Below the pieces are notes generated by a model. That model ran no database searches. It was not told the origin of the DNA and saw only the letters and a list, made by a program, of their open reading frames with translations. 64,000 nt of DNA. It comes from Candidatus Wirthbacteria bacterium. GTDB taxonomy: Bacteria > Patescibacteriota > CG2-30-54-11. The DNA lies in NCBI GenBank assembly GCA_903889905.1, contig CAISZI010000053.1, positions 10,599 through 74,598 of the forward strand, in the 5' to 3' direction. Each line of letters opens with the position of its first letter. Positions within the stretch are counted from its first letter, which is position 1. Of the stretch, positions 1-8,827 are shown one piece after another. The translations under genes and the position numbers were made by a program.

Positions 1-1133
1 TTCATGCCGTCTTTGAGCGGGGTGACCATCGCGGCCGCGGCGATACTGTAAAACGCGATCAGATCTTCGAATTGTAGCGACCGGTACATGTAAGTGATCG
101 GGTTCCAATCCAGCGTGCTGTATTTGCCATTGATTTTGCCCAGCAGTTCGTCCACCTGGCGTTTGAGGGAATTGTAATGTTCAACCTCCGTGCGGGAGGG
201 AACAGCGATCAGGTAGAATGAGACTTTGCCCTTGAATTCCGGGTATTTGATCAGAAATTCGTCAAACGCCTCGAGTCGCTGCGGAATGCCTTTGGTGTAG
301 TCCAGCCGGTCGATCGAGAGGATGACCTGGCGGTTTTTTTCTTTTTGGCGAATCAGCGCGACACGGCGTTTCACTTCGGCGCTGCGTGAACTGTCGGCGA
401 ATTTGTCATAATCAATGCCCATGGGAAAGGAGTCAACTTTGGCCAAATGATCCCCGGCAGTAATTAGTCCCAGTTTGTGGTTATAACCCAGGATTTTGCT
501 GACAGAATTGAGGAAATAACGGGCGTATTCGTAGGTGTGAAACCCAATCAGGTCGGCGGCAATAATGCCTTCGAGGATTTCCGTGCGCCAGGGTAGGACT
601 TGAAAAATATCGATAGGTGGAAACGGGATGTGCAGGAAAAAACCAATCTTGAGGTCCGGCATTTTTTCGCGCAGCAGCTTTGGCAGCAGCATCAGGTGAT
701 AGTCGTGGATCCAGACGGTGTCATTGGGTTTGATGATTGAAAGTAATTCGTTGGCATACACCTGGTTGACGTGTTTGTAGGATTCCCAGAGACTTTTGTC
801 GTAGACCGGGTATTGGGTAAAACAGTGGAACAATGGCCAGATGGTTTTGTTGCAAAAGCCGTAGTAATACTTGGTGACGTCGTTTTTGGTGAGATAGACA
901 GGATAGAGATGCATTTGTTTCTGCAACTCGTTTTCCATGTCTTTTTTTTGGGTTTTGTCGAGTTTGTTGGCGGGCAGGTCGATCCAGCCGACCCAGATAT
1001 TGCGTTTGTCTTCGCGGAAAATGGAGCTGAGGCCCGTTGCCACGCCACCCACACTTTGGGTGAAATGAATGTCATCCTTGTTTTGCTGGACGGAGATCGG
1101 AAGGCGGTTGGAAACGATGATGGTTCTACCCAT
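1..1133 (-). CDS. otsA: Trehalose-6-phosphate synthase (GT20), possibly bifunctional TPS/TPP; 3' end runs off the window
   Basis: Not in the ORF track because it is truncated. Manual translation from ATG at 1133 gives MGRTIIVSNRLP..., WIHDYHLMLLP, GFFLHIPFP, IDRLDYTKGIPQRL, the hallmark GT20 motifs. Confidence 0.92.
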   Translation of the reverse strand, partial: MGRTIIVSNRLPISVQQNKDDIHFTQSVGGVATGLSSIFREDKRNIWVGWIDLPANKLDKTQKKDMENELQKQMHLYPVYLTKNDVTKYYYGFCNKTIWPLFHCFTQYPVYDKSLWESYKHVNQVYANELLSIIKPNDTVWIHDYHLMLLPKLLREKMPDLKIGFFLHIPFPPIDIFQVLPWRTEILEGIIAADLIGFHTYEYARYFLNSVSKILGYNHKLGLITAGDHLAKVDSFPMGIDYDKFADSSRSAEVKRRVALIRQKEKNRQVILSIDRLDYTKGIPQRLEAFDEFLIKYPEFKGKVSFYLIAVPSRTEVEHYNSLKRQVDELLGKINGKYSTLDWNPITYMYRSLQFEDLIAFYSIAAAAMVTPLKDGM

Positions 1134-1147
1134 GGAAATTCATTTGA

Positions 1148-2395
1148 TTAAGAATTGGTCAGTAGCGGAACGATTTCGTTTTCGACAATGGCCTGAGTGG
1201 TACCTTTTTGCATGACAATTTTGCGAAAGGACGGAACGGTATGCTTAAACACAAAGTTCATCAACTGGTCGTAGTCCGGGCGAACGGCGGCGTCTTCGTC
1301 CAGGTAAAAGGCGTTTTCACCGGCCAGCTCACGCAGCACCGGGATGCCAGTACAGACGATGGGTTTGCTCATCAGTGCGGCTTCGTAGATGGGTATGCCA
1401 AAACCTTCGGCTTTGGTCGTGAAGAGCAGCGCGTCCGACATGATATAGAGGTCGCGGACATAGTCGTAATGGGACAGCCCGTCGCCAAACAAGGCGGAAC
1501 GGTAGAGTTGAAAAACATAAGGTTCAAGGTGGTTGTCCTGAATGAACTGATCAATGGTGTGGGCATAGCCGGTGGCGTCCTGTTTGAGGTGTGGATCAAT
1601 CGGGCCGGTAATCAGCAGTGCCGGCTTGTATTTGAGCTCCACCAGATCTTTGACGATTTGCAACGCCCGCAGGATGTTTTTGCGGATGGCGATGCGCGTG
1701 GGATAGAGGAAAATCACGTCGCGTTCGAGGATATGGGATTGGCGCAGGTATTGATAAACTTCCGCGTGAATATTGAGAAATTTAAGGACATTGACACCAT
1801 TGTGGATGACCTGAAAACGGCTCGGGTCAACCTGATAAATACCTGCCAGCTCCGTTGCCCGCGCATGGGAAATCGCAACGGTAGTGTGAGCTTCAGGCAG
1901 CGTGGTTAACCATGTTTTGACCACGGGCGGGAGATTGCATACTTGTTCTTTGATTTCGTCATCCAGGTAAACATTGTCGTGGATATAATTGATGAATTTG
2001 ACGTTGGTTTGCCGTTCGGCCATCAGTTCGCGCAGCGCCAGGGTCAGTGGCAGGCACATGTGCATCGACATGATGTTGTGGATAATGGCGTGGGAGCAGT
2101 CAGCAAGCAGTTCCTGCAAGCGAACTTTGAAGAAATCCTTACGACGGTTGAACGTTTCAGTCAACTGGCCTTGCAGTACCTCTTGCAGAATTTGCAGGTT
2201 GGTTGCGTCCTGGGTATTGATCTCGGGTACGCTGCAGTATTCGATGTCCGTCCGGTATTGCGAGCCGGCACCGGTGATCAGTTTGATGTCAAAGCCACAG
2301 CTCACCAGTGTTTCGATATGGTCGGCAAGCACACGTTCAACGCCACCAAAAATGGGCGGAGAAGCGTAATGAATGATGGCGATTTTCTGTTTCAT
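1148..2395 (-). CDS. GT4 glycosyltransferase, mannosylglucosylglycerate-synthase-like
   Basis: HYASPPIFGGVE N-terminus, YPTRIAIRKNI, EGFGIPIYEA; immediately upstream of otsA on the same strand. Confidence 0.75.
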   Translation of the reverse strand: MKQKIAIIHYASPPIFGGVERVLADHIETLVSCGFDIKLITGAGSQYRTDIEYCSVPEINTQDATNLQILQEVLQGQLTETFNRRKDFFKVRLQELLADCSHAIIHNIMSMHMCLPLTLALRELMAERQTNVKFINYIHDNVYLDDEIKEQVCNLPPVVKTWLTTLPEAHTTVAISHARATELAGIYQVDPSRFQVIHNGVNVLKFLNIHAEVYQYLRQSHILERDVIFLYPTRIAIRKNILRALQIVKDLVELKYKPALLITGPIDPHLKQDATGYAHTIDQFIQDNHLEPYVFQLYRSALFGDGLSHYDYVRDLYIMSDALLFTTKAEGFGIPIYEAALMSKPIVCTGIPVLRELAGENAFYLDEDAAVRPDYDQLMNFVFKHTVPSFRKIVMQKGTTQAIVENEIVPLLTNS

Positions 2396-2478
2396 ATTGA
2401 TTCTCATTGTAATGTACAAATAATTATACCAAGAAATGGTCAAAGCTCACAATTTGGCGTCTGATCGGCAAACACGAA

Positions 2479-2505
2479 AAAAGTCAGTGCAAAACACTGA
2501 CTTTG
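2479..2505. terminator. Intrinsic terminator-like hairpin
   Basis: AAAGTCAGTG-caaaa-CACTGACTTT with an A-tract, downstream of the PRTase gene. Confidence 0.6.
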
Positions 2506-2533
2506 ATCAAGACCAGAGCGTCACTGCAAGTTG

Positions 2534-3112
2534 CTATGATTTTACGACCAGGCCGCGAATCTGACGAATGCGCTGGTTGACCGCGCCCGCCACCCCTAGG
2601 TCCATGCCGCAGCCGCCCAGCCAGAGGTTTTCGACTTCGACGCCAACGTGTAAGTTAACACCATTAAAGAAACGTTGTTCCGGTACATTGATTTTGCGGC
2701 AAACGACGGCAAAGGAGACTGAACGGGCGTGTGTGGTTTGTTTGATGTCGTCGATGATCAGTTTGGCGGTGTTGGCTGTGTCCCAGACGTCGTCGATGAT
2801 CAGGATATCACCGCTTAAATCTTTGGCCACGGCTTTCTCTATCAGCCGGTCGCCGGTGATAGGATGGCGGTGGTATTCAATGGCATGATGGGTGTAGTCG
2901 CGCGGGAAGCCTTGCAATTGCGTGAGTTCGGTATATAGGTATTTGCCACCTTGGAGAACATAGAGGACGTGTGTGAAATCCTTGAGCACAATTTCACTGG
3001 AAAGACGTTCCAGATGGGCTTGCATGGCCTCGGGGTGGATGTACCAGCAGAAAGGTACGCCTTCGATCTGGTCGATTTTGGGTTTGTGGGGAAAGGGGAT
3101 GAGTGGGGGCAT
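2534..3112 (-). CDS. Phosphoribosyltransferase (hypoxanthine/guanine PRTase-like)
   Basis: PRPP-binding motif ILIIDDVWDTANT; C-terminal WLGGCGMD resembles HPRT FVVGYGLD. Confidence 0.8.
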   Translation of the reverse strand: MPPLIPFPHKPKIDQIEGVPFCWYIHPEAMQAHLERLSSEIVLKDFTHVLYVLQGGKYLYTELTQLQGFPRDYTHHAIEYHRHPITGDRLIEKAVAKDLSGDILIIDDVWDTANTAKLIIDDIKQTTHARSVSFAVVCRKINVPEQRFFNGVNLHVGVEVENLWLGGCGMDLGVAGAVNQRIRQIRGLVVKS

Positions 3113-3387
3113 GCGATGGAATAATTAATAACTAAGCACTAATAAATAATAACCAAACCTGGATGTGTTTTGCATTATTTGGATGTTAGCTATTAGATAT
3201 TAGAATTTCTTTTCCCCCACCTTACCAGTTCTGCATCCAGCGTCAAGGGTTGGGGGTTGGAATATCCGGTGCGGGCGTCATACTGGAGCGTGACAAAGAC
3301 GACAACTAACGCTTGTTTTAACTGATCTGGGAGGGCTATAATTATCTCCGTGCGTTGATTTGAAAGCCTATAGCCAGGGAGCCCGTT

Positions 3388-4596
3388 ATGCTTTTTTTTA
3401 GTGCCTTGTTGAATTCGGAAGTCAAAGACAATTCCAATCAAACGATTGGCAATTTGCGTGATGTGATCGTCTCCATTCAGGATTATCCGATTGTCCGTGC
3501 CGTGGTTGTCTGGGATAGCAAAAAAAAACTGGAACACATCGTCGCCATGGATCAGGTGGAATTGCTTGGTAAAGGCATGGTTTCGCTCAAAAAACGGGAA
3601 AACGACCTTTATAACTACACCAAACAAGTCAGTGACATTCTGCTCAAAGACAGCGTCCTGGATCGCCAGATCATCGACAACGAAGGCATGAACATGATGC
3701 GGGTTAACGATATTGTCTTGGGCAACCTGCATGGCGAATTGTCGGCGATCAGCATTGAAATTGGTTTGCGGGGGATCTTCCGCCGGTTGGGCATGGAGCA
3801 GTTTCCGTTGATCAACCGTCTGTCGCCGCAACTGGTACCATGGAAAGGCTTTACACTGCTGGAATCCGGCATGCCACAACTGCAGACCGAACAGACGCAG
3901 AAGCATCTTAATCGGCTGCACCCTGCCGACCTGGCCAACCTGGTGGAGGAGCTGAACGCCAAACGTGGCGCTGCATTGGTTTCGAGTCTGAATAACGAAA
4001 AAGCCGCCGAAGTGCTGGAGGAACTGGATGATGACCTGAAAGTCGCTTTGATCGAGCAGCTTGGCCTGGAACGTGCTGGCGATATCCTGGAAGGCATGTC
4101 GCCCGACCAAGCAGCGGATATTCTGGATGATTTGCCAGACGAAAAAGCGCAGCGCATCATCGCCGAAATGGCGCCCAAGGAAGGTCAGAAAATCCTGGAA
4201 TTAATTCACTATGATGATCGGGAAGCCGGTGGACTGATGACCACCGATTATATCAAAGTGCATCCCGAACGCACCGTGGCGCATGTACGCGAAAAATTGC
4301 GCGTGACAGTCGACGATATTCCCAATGTCAGCTATATCTATGTGGTGGACCACGAAAAGCATCCGGTTGGTGTTTTGTCGATGCGGACATTGGCCGTGGC
4401 CAACGATGACACGATCATCGAAGACATCATGACGACCAATTTGTTTACAGTTGAAGCGCACGCCAAAATCCGTGAAGTGGCCAGTTTCCTGACCAAATAC
4501 AACCTGTTTTCCATTGCCGTGGTCGATAACAGCAATCGCCTCCTGGGCATTGTCATGGTCGACGATGTCATGCGCCAATTATTCCCGGAGGCCTGA
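3388..4596 (+). CDS. Soluble MgtE intracellular-domain protein (PRC-barrel + MgtE_N + CBS pair)
   Basis: LHPADLANLVEEL, MSPDQAADIL, AGGLMTTDYI, LLGIVMVDDV; no transmembrane domain. Confidence 0.88.
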   Translation: MLFFSALLNSEVKDNSNQTIGNLRDVIVSIQDYPIVRAVVVWDSKKKLEHIVAMDQVELLGKGMVSLKKRENDLYNYTKQVSDILLKDSVLDRQIIDNEGMNMMRVNDIVLGNLHGELSAISIEIGLRGIFRRLGMEQFPLINRLSPQLVPWKGFTLLESGMPQLQTEQTQKHLNRLHPADLANLVEELNAKRGAALVSSLNNEKAAEVLEELDDDLKVALIEQLGLERAGDILEGMSPDQAADILDDLPDEKAQRIIAEMAPKEGQKILELIHYDDREAGGLMTTDYIKVHPERTVAHVREKLRVTVDDIPNVSYIYVVDHEKHPVGVLSMRTLAVANDDTIIEDIMTTNLFTVEAHAKIREVASFLTKYNLFSIAVVDNSNRLLGIVMVDDVMRQLFPEA

Positions 4597-4599
4597 TTT

Positions 4600-5838
4600 A
4601 TGGGCTTTTTTAAGAAGTTCCGTTGGCGTTATGTGTTGATGTTTATGGCGGTAATTGGACCAGGGATTATCACGGCCAATGCCGACAATGATGGTACTGG
4701 TATTGTTGGCTACACCCTGGTGGGGGCCAAATACGGTCTCAACATGCTGTTTGCATTAGTTGTGGTGACCGTCATTCTGGCTGTGACACAGGAGTTGGGT
4801 GCCCGCATCGGTGTCGCCACCGGTAAAGGTCTGGGCGGTGTGATTAGGGAGAAATTCGGCCTCAAGCTCACGATGATCGCCTTGATCGCCATGCTGATTT
4901 CCAATATGGGCATCATTATTGCCGACATGGGAGCTATTGCCGAAGCCATGGGTTTGTTTGGGTTGTCCAAATATATCGTTGTGCCGGTTTTTGCCATTTT
5001 ATTGTGGCTTGTGCTGTACAAGGGGGCGTTCAGCCGGGTGGAAAAAGTTTTTCTTCTTTCTTCGGCCTTGTATGTGGTTTACATCATTACCTGTTTTTAT
5101 GCCAAGCCCAACTGGATGCCGGCGATCAAGGCACTGGTTACGCCCAGCATCCAGCTTGACAAGGATTATATCAACACCTTGATGGTGCTGATTGGGACGA
5201 CGGTGACGATCTGGGGGCAGTTTGTGATCCAGTCGTTTGTGGTGGACAAGGGCATTACAGCCGAGAGATATCCCTACCAGAAAGCGGAAGTTTTTCTGGG
5301 CGCGTTTATCACCGATTTTGTCAGTTTTTTTATCATTGTTGCGGCTGCAGCGACTTTGTTCGCCAACCATATTCCCATTACCACCGCCACGCAGGCGGCA
5401 CAGGCGCTGAGGCCACTGGCAGGAGAGCAGGCCTATATTCTGTTTGCGCTTGGACTGCTGAATGCGGGGTTGCTTGGTGTCAGTGTGGTAACGCTTTCCA
5501 CAGCCTATGCGGCGTCCGAGATCTTTGGCGTGGAATCCAAACTCGATCGCAAGTGGAACGAAGCGCCTGCGTTTTACTGGATTATCACACTGATCATCGG
5601 CATCAGCGCCTTGCTTGTTCTGGTTCCGGGCATGCCGTTGTTTCAGATCCTGATCTGGTCCAACAACGTCAATGCCGTGATTTTGCCCATCATCCTGATC
5701 TACGTTTATAAAATCGCTAATGACAAAAAAATCATGGGAACGTTCAAAAATGGGCGTGTGGCCAATATTATCACCATGGCGTGTATTGTGCTGCTGATCG
5801 TGGCGTCGGTGTTTTCGCTGTACGCGAATTTTTCGTAG
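4600..5838 (+). CDS. Nramp-family divalent metal transporter (Mg2+-type clade)
   Basis: About 11 hydrophobic helices; GPGIITANADND and IGTTVTIW in place of the MntH DPGN and MPH motifs; 3 nt downstream of the MgtE-N gene. Confidence 0.85.
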   Translation: MGFFKKFRWRYVLMFMAVIGPGIITANADNDGTGIVGYTLVGAKYGLNMLFALVVVTVILAVTQELGARIGVATGKGLGGVIREKFGLKLTMIALIAMLISNMGIIIADMGAIAEAMGLFGLSKYIVVPVFAILLWLVLYKGAFSRVEKVFLLSSALYVVYIITCFYAKPNWMPAIKALVTPSIQLDKDYINTLMVLIGTTVTIWGQFVIQSFVVDKGITAERYPYQKAEVFLGAFITDFVSFFIIVAAAATLFANHIPITTATQAAQALRPLAGEQAYILFALGLLNAGLLGVSVVTLSTAYAASEIFGVESKLDRKWNEAPAFYWIITLIIGISALLVLVPGMPLFQILIWSNNVNAVILPIILIYVYKIANDKKIMGTFKNGRVANIITMACIVLLIVASVFSLYANFS

Positions 5839-5855
5839 AACCTGGGGTTACCACA

Positions 5856-6530
5856 ATGAACACCAACCCGGAAACCAGACGTATTTTGGCATTTGGAGAT
5901 TCCAATACCTGGGGCAGGATTCCCGGTGACGACAATAATGCCCGCTATCTTGCTAATGTCAGGTGGACTGGTCGGTTACAGGCCCTGCTCGGTACGTCTT
6001 TTGAGGTCATCGAGGAGGGGCTAAACGGTCGTACCACCAATTTCGACAGCCCTAACAAGGCAGGCAAAAATGGCCGGGCTTATTTGTTTGCCTGTCTTGA
6101 AACCCACAAACCGTTGGACCTGATCATCCTTGCACTGGGAACGAATGACCTGAAAGCCAAATATGGCTTGACGGCAGGACAAGTTGGCGAAGGTTTACAT
6201 GCTTGTGTTAAGGCCATTCTGGCAGAAGGTCGGAATCGGAGCGGTAAAGTCCCCGCTGTAATCATTCTGTCCCCGGTCGTGGTCATAGAGAAACAACGGT
6301 TGCGCTTTGGCAAGCCGGAAATTGATTTCCTGGGAGCCCTTGAAAAATCAAAGGCACTGGCTGGCATCTATCAGGGGATTGCGGCGGAAAACGGGTTTGG
6401 GTTTGTCGATTTAGCTCAAATTGCAGTGGCCAGTGAGGTGGACGGCGTGCATCTGGAGGCAGAAGAGCACAACAAGATTGCCGAGTGTCTGTGTCCAATG
6501 GTGAAAAGTATGTTGAAAGCAGCGGATTAG
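5856..6530 (+). CDS. SGNH/GDSL hydrolase
   Basis: FGDSNTWG, EEGLNGRTT, LGTND and DGVH blocks. Confidence 0.9.
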   Translation: MNTNPETRRILAFGDSNTWGRIPGDDNNARYLANVRWTGRLQALLGTSFEVIEEGLNGRTTNFDSPNKAGKNGRAYLFACLETHKPLDLIILALGTNDLKAKYGLTAGQVGEGLHACVKAILAEGRNRSGKVPAVIILSPVVVIEKQRLRFGKPEIDFLGALEKSKALAGIYQGIAAENGFGFVDLAQIAVASEVDGVHLEAEEHNKIAECLCPMVKSMLKAAD

Positions 6531-6613
6531 GCAAGCAAGATATTGAGAAACATGATAAAGTTGAGCCTGTAAGTTGCTGAGTGTTTTGTCCTTTAATAAC
6601 TTTTTGAATTTAT

Positions 6614-6660
6614 GCCCTCTTAGCTTCCTCCTTCGCTCGGAAGCTACGGCGGACAGGCAG
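6614..6660 (+). pseudogene. Decayed 5' copy of tRNA-Arg interrupted by a palindromic repeat
   Basis: GCCCTCTTAGCT (6614-6625) is identical to tRNA-Arg nt 1-12. It is followed by TCCTCCTTCGCT-CGGA-AGCTACGGCGGACAGGC, the repeat also seen beside tRNA-Leu and tRNA-Ala. Confidence 0.6.
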
Positions 6661-6699
6661 TTTCGTAGGTACGCACCTTTATAGCGTATATATTTTTAC

Positions 6700-6776
6700 G
6701 CCCTCTTAGCTCAACTGGATAGAGTGCTTGGCTTCGAACCAAGAGGTTGCGGGTTCGACTCCTGCAGGGGGCGCCA
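6700..6776 (+). tRNA. tRNA-Arg(TCG)
   Basis: Cloverleaf GCCCTCT...GGGGGC-GCCA; anticodon arm CTTGG-CT-TCG-AA-CCAAG; T-loop GGTTCGACTCC; encoded CCA. Confidence 0.95.
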
Positions 6777-6793
6777 ATTCAGATAATTTAAGC

Positions 6794-6824
6794 GACTCAG
6801 CCAAAAAGCTGGGTCTCTTTTTTT
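6794..6824 (+). terminator. Intrinsic terminator after tRNA-Arg
   Basis: GACTCAGC-caaaaa-GCTGGGTC followed by a T-tract. Confidence 0.7.
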
Positions 6825-7002
6825 ACCCATATTTATTCCTTATATTTCTGGACTACCTATAGTTAAATTACCCTTGTCTAATAGACAAACATTAAACCGC
6901 ATTAAAAAGGCATCTCTATGTAATCATTGCATGATCTTATGAGTTGGGGTATGATTAAGAATCAATCGGATATATGTTTTAATTCTTAATGAAAGGAAAG
7001 AC

Positions 7003-7677
7003 ATGGACCGTTTTGATAAAAGTCCATTTGAGGTACGCTTACCTGAAGGTAAAGAACAAGAACAGCAGGTAGAAAGTTTAATGACCAATGCGGCTGCACA
7101 GATGGGGCGAGCCGAGATGCTTTTTCGGGAAGCCAATCCTGGAGTTGCTGCCAGAATTCTTGAACTCCAAATACCAACTGAAACTATCCACAGTGACGCC
7201 CTCCCAGGTGGACTGCCAGAATTAATAGTGGAACAACGAACTACTTGGTATGGTCATAATGGGCAGGAACAATATTCTCCATTAAATGTTCACGTGGCGG
7301 ATGGAGAGGGTTCTTCCCACAGCATCGCCTGTGAAAATATGAATGGACAGCATGTTTTATGTCTGGATGGTCGGGCATTAGCAGAAGCCGCTAAAGCGTT
7401 TCAAAATGCTGTGGAAAACGGTGTCGAGGCTGATGCCACTTTTACGAGAACTGAAGTTGTTTTACCTGATGGAATTACGTTAAAACAACTGTCTTTGATT
7501 CAAGATAAAATGGCAGATATTAGAGATAAACAAGACGACGAAGATATGGAGAAAGTAGAGGAAAAAGTTAGAGCCGGTTTGTCGCCAGAAGAGCAGGCTG
7601 TTTTGGACAGGTATTATAAAGCAAATGGTCCCTTAGCAATGAAAGTTAAACTTGCTGCGGATCGTGAGCAAAAGTAA
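7003..7677 (+). CDS. Hypothetical acidic protein in a low-GC islet
   Basis: 224-aa ORF with an AAGGA RBS and a downstream hairpin; no recognised motif. Confidence 0.75.
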   Translation: MDRFDKSPFEVRLPEGKEQEQQVESLMTNAAAQMGRAEMLFREANPGVAARILELQIPTETIHSDALPGGLPELIVEQRTTWYGHNGQEQYSPLNVHVADGEGSSHSIACENMNGQHVLCLDGRALAEAAKAFQNAVENGVEADATFTRTEVVLPDGITLKQLSLIQDKMADIRDKQDDEDMEKVEEKVRAGLSPEEQAVLDRYYKANGPLAMKVKLAADREQK

Positions 7678-7739
7678 AAGTTATGAATGAATCTGCTAGA
7701 TTTATAATTAAAGTTACTCCGTAAGAATATGAATGTGTT

Positions 7740-7774
7740 AACAAAACAGGACCGTAAAAGGGTCCTGTTTTGTT
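7740..7774. terminator. Intrinsic terminator
   Basis: AACAAAACAGGACC-gtaaaag-GGTCCTGTTTTGTT. Confidence 0.75.
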
Positions 7775-8053
7775 CAATTTGTCTTATGTACTAAAGGAAC
7801 AATTGAAATAAGTTATGGTTTAAATGAACCAATGCTTCAATAAAAAAGTTCCATTGCATCCGTATCTGGCGCGCCAATTTTCGCAAAATAAAAATGGTCG
7901 GCCATATTGCCGAACGTAATAATGTGAGAGTACAAACTACTAGTCTTTCTCCCAAAGGGAGATTTTTTTTTATTGCCTGACTGGGTAACGGAGCGGGAAT
8001 AAATGTGTTTTATAACGAGGGTTAATAGATTAGTTTCGATTACAGGACAAAGT

Positions 8054-8683
8054 ATGAACGATGTAGAAAAGAGAAGCCTTGTCAGATTCCGTGATTGGGC
8101 AAAAACATATGATCGTAAAACACTTAGTTACCTGAATTATTATTTGACAAATAAAGCAGTAATCAAACATTTAAGATTGCCAACACATGGATCGATATTG
8201 GATGTGGGATGCGGCACAGGGATACTCCTGCAGCAACTTATCAATAAACCACCCTCAAATATACAGCTTCATGGTCTAGATATTTCGCCAGACATGTTTG
8301 ATAAAGCTAAGAGGAAATTTTCTGCAACTCCTCAAATTAAGCTTGCCATTGGGTCAGCTCTATCTATGCCATATGCAGATGACACTTTTGACTGCGTAGT
8401 CTGTTGCCATTCATTTCATCATCATTCTGATTCATTTAGGTCCCTCTCTGAAATGCGACGTGTAGTCAAACCCAATGGGCAAGTTATTGTTATGGATCTA
8501 TCATTGGATGGATTTCTGCGCAATATCTTTTCAAAGATTGAAAACATTTACGGTAATGAAGGGCACATATGTCGATATGGTAAGAAACAAATAAATGAAT
8601 TGTTTCGGATGGCTCAATTTAAAAATACTATGCAAAAATACATATATTACTTCAATTTGGTTACAATTGGGACTAAGCAATAA
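8054..8683 (+). CDS. Class I SAM-dependent methyltransferase (UbiE-like / Methyltransf_11)
   Basis: ILDVGCGTG, GLDISPDM, MPYADDTFD, EMRRVVKPNG. Confidence 0.9.
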   Translation: MNDVEKRSLVRFRDWAKTYDRKTLSYLNYYLTNKAVIKHLRLPTHGSILDVGCGTGILLQQLINKPPSNIQLHGLDISPDMFDKAKRKFSATPQIKLAIGSALSMPYADDTFDCVVCCHSFHHHSDSFRSLSEMRRVVKPNGQVIVMDLSLDGFLRNIFSKIENIYGNEGHICRYGKKQINELFRMAQFKNTMQKYIYYFNLVTIGTKQ

Positions 8684-8769
8684 CATCAATTGATGAAAGT
8701 AGTGTAAAAAAGTAAAGCTTTACTTTATGGCAGTGAAAACTTGAAGATGAATATGAGGGAATGTATATT

Positions 8770-8800
8770 AAAAAAAAGACCCCTTTTCGGGGTCTTTTTT
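8770..8800. terminator. Bidirectional intrinsic terminator
   Basis: AAAAAAGACCCC-tttt-cGGGGTCTTTTTT between convergent genes. Confidence 0.8.
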
Positions 8801-8827
8801 GTTTGTGCAAAACTTGATCGATTCTAC

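Noticed and set aside
3113-3387. M-box (ykoK) riboswitch upstream of the MgtE-N/Nramp operon
   Set aside because: No ykoK consensus blocks were seen, and a TATAAT at 3337-3342 leaves only a ~40-nt leader.
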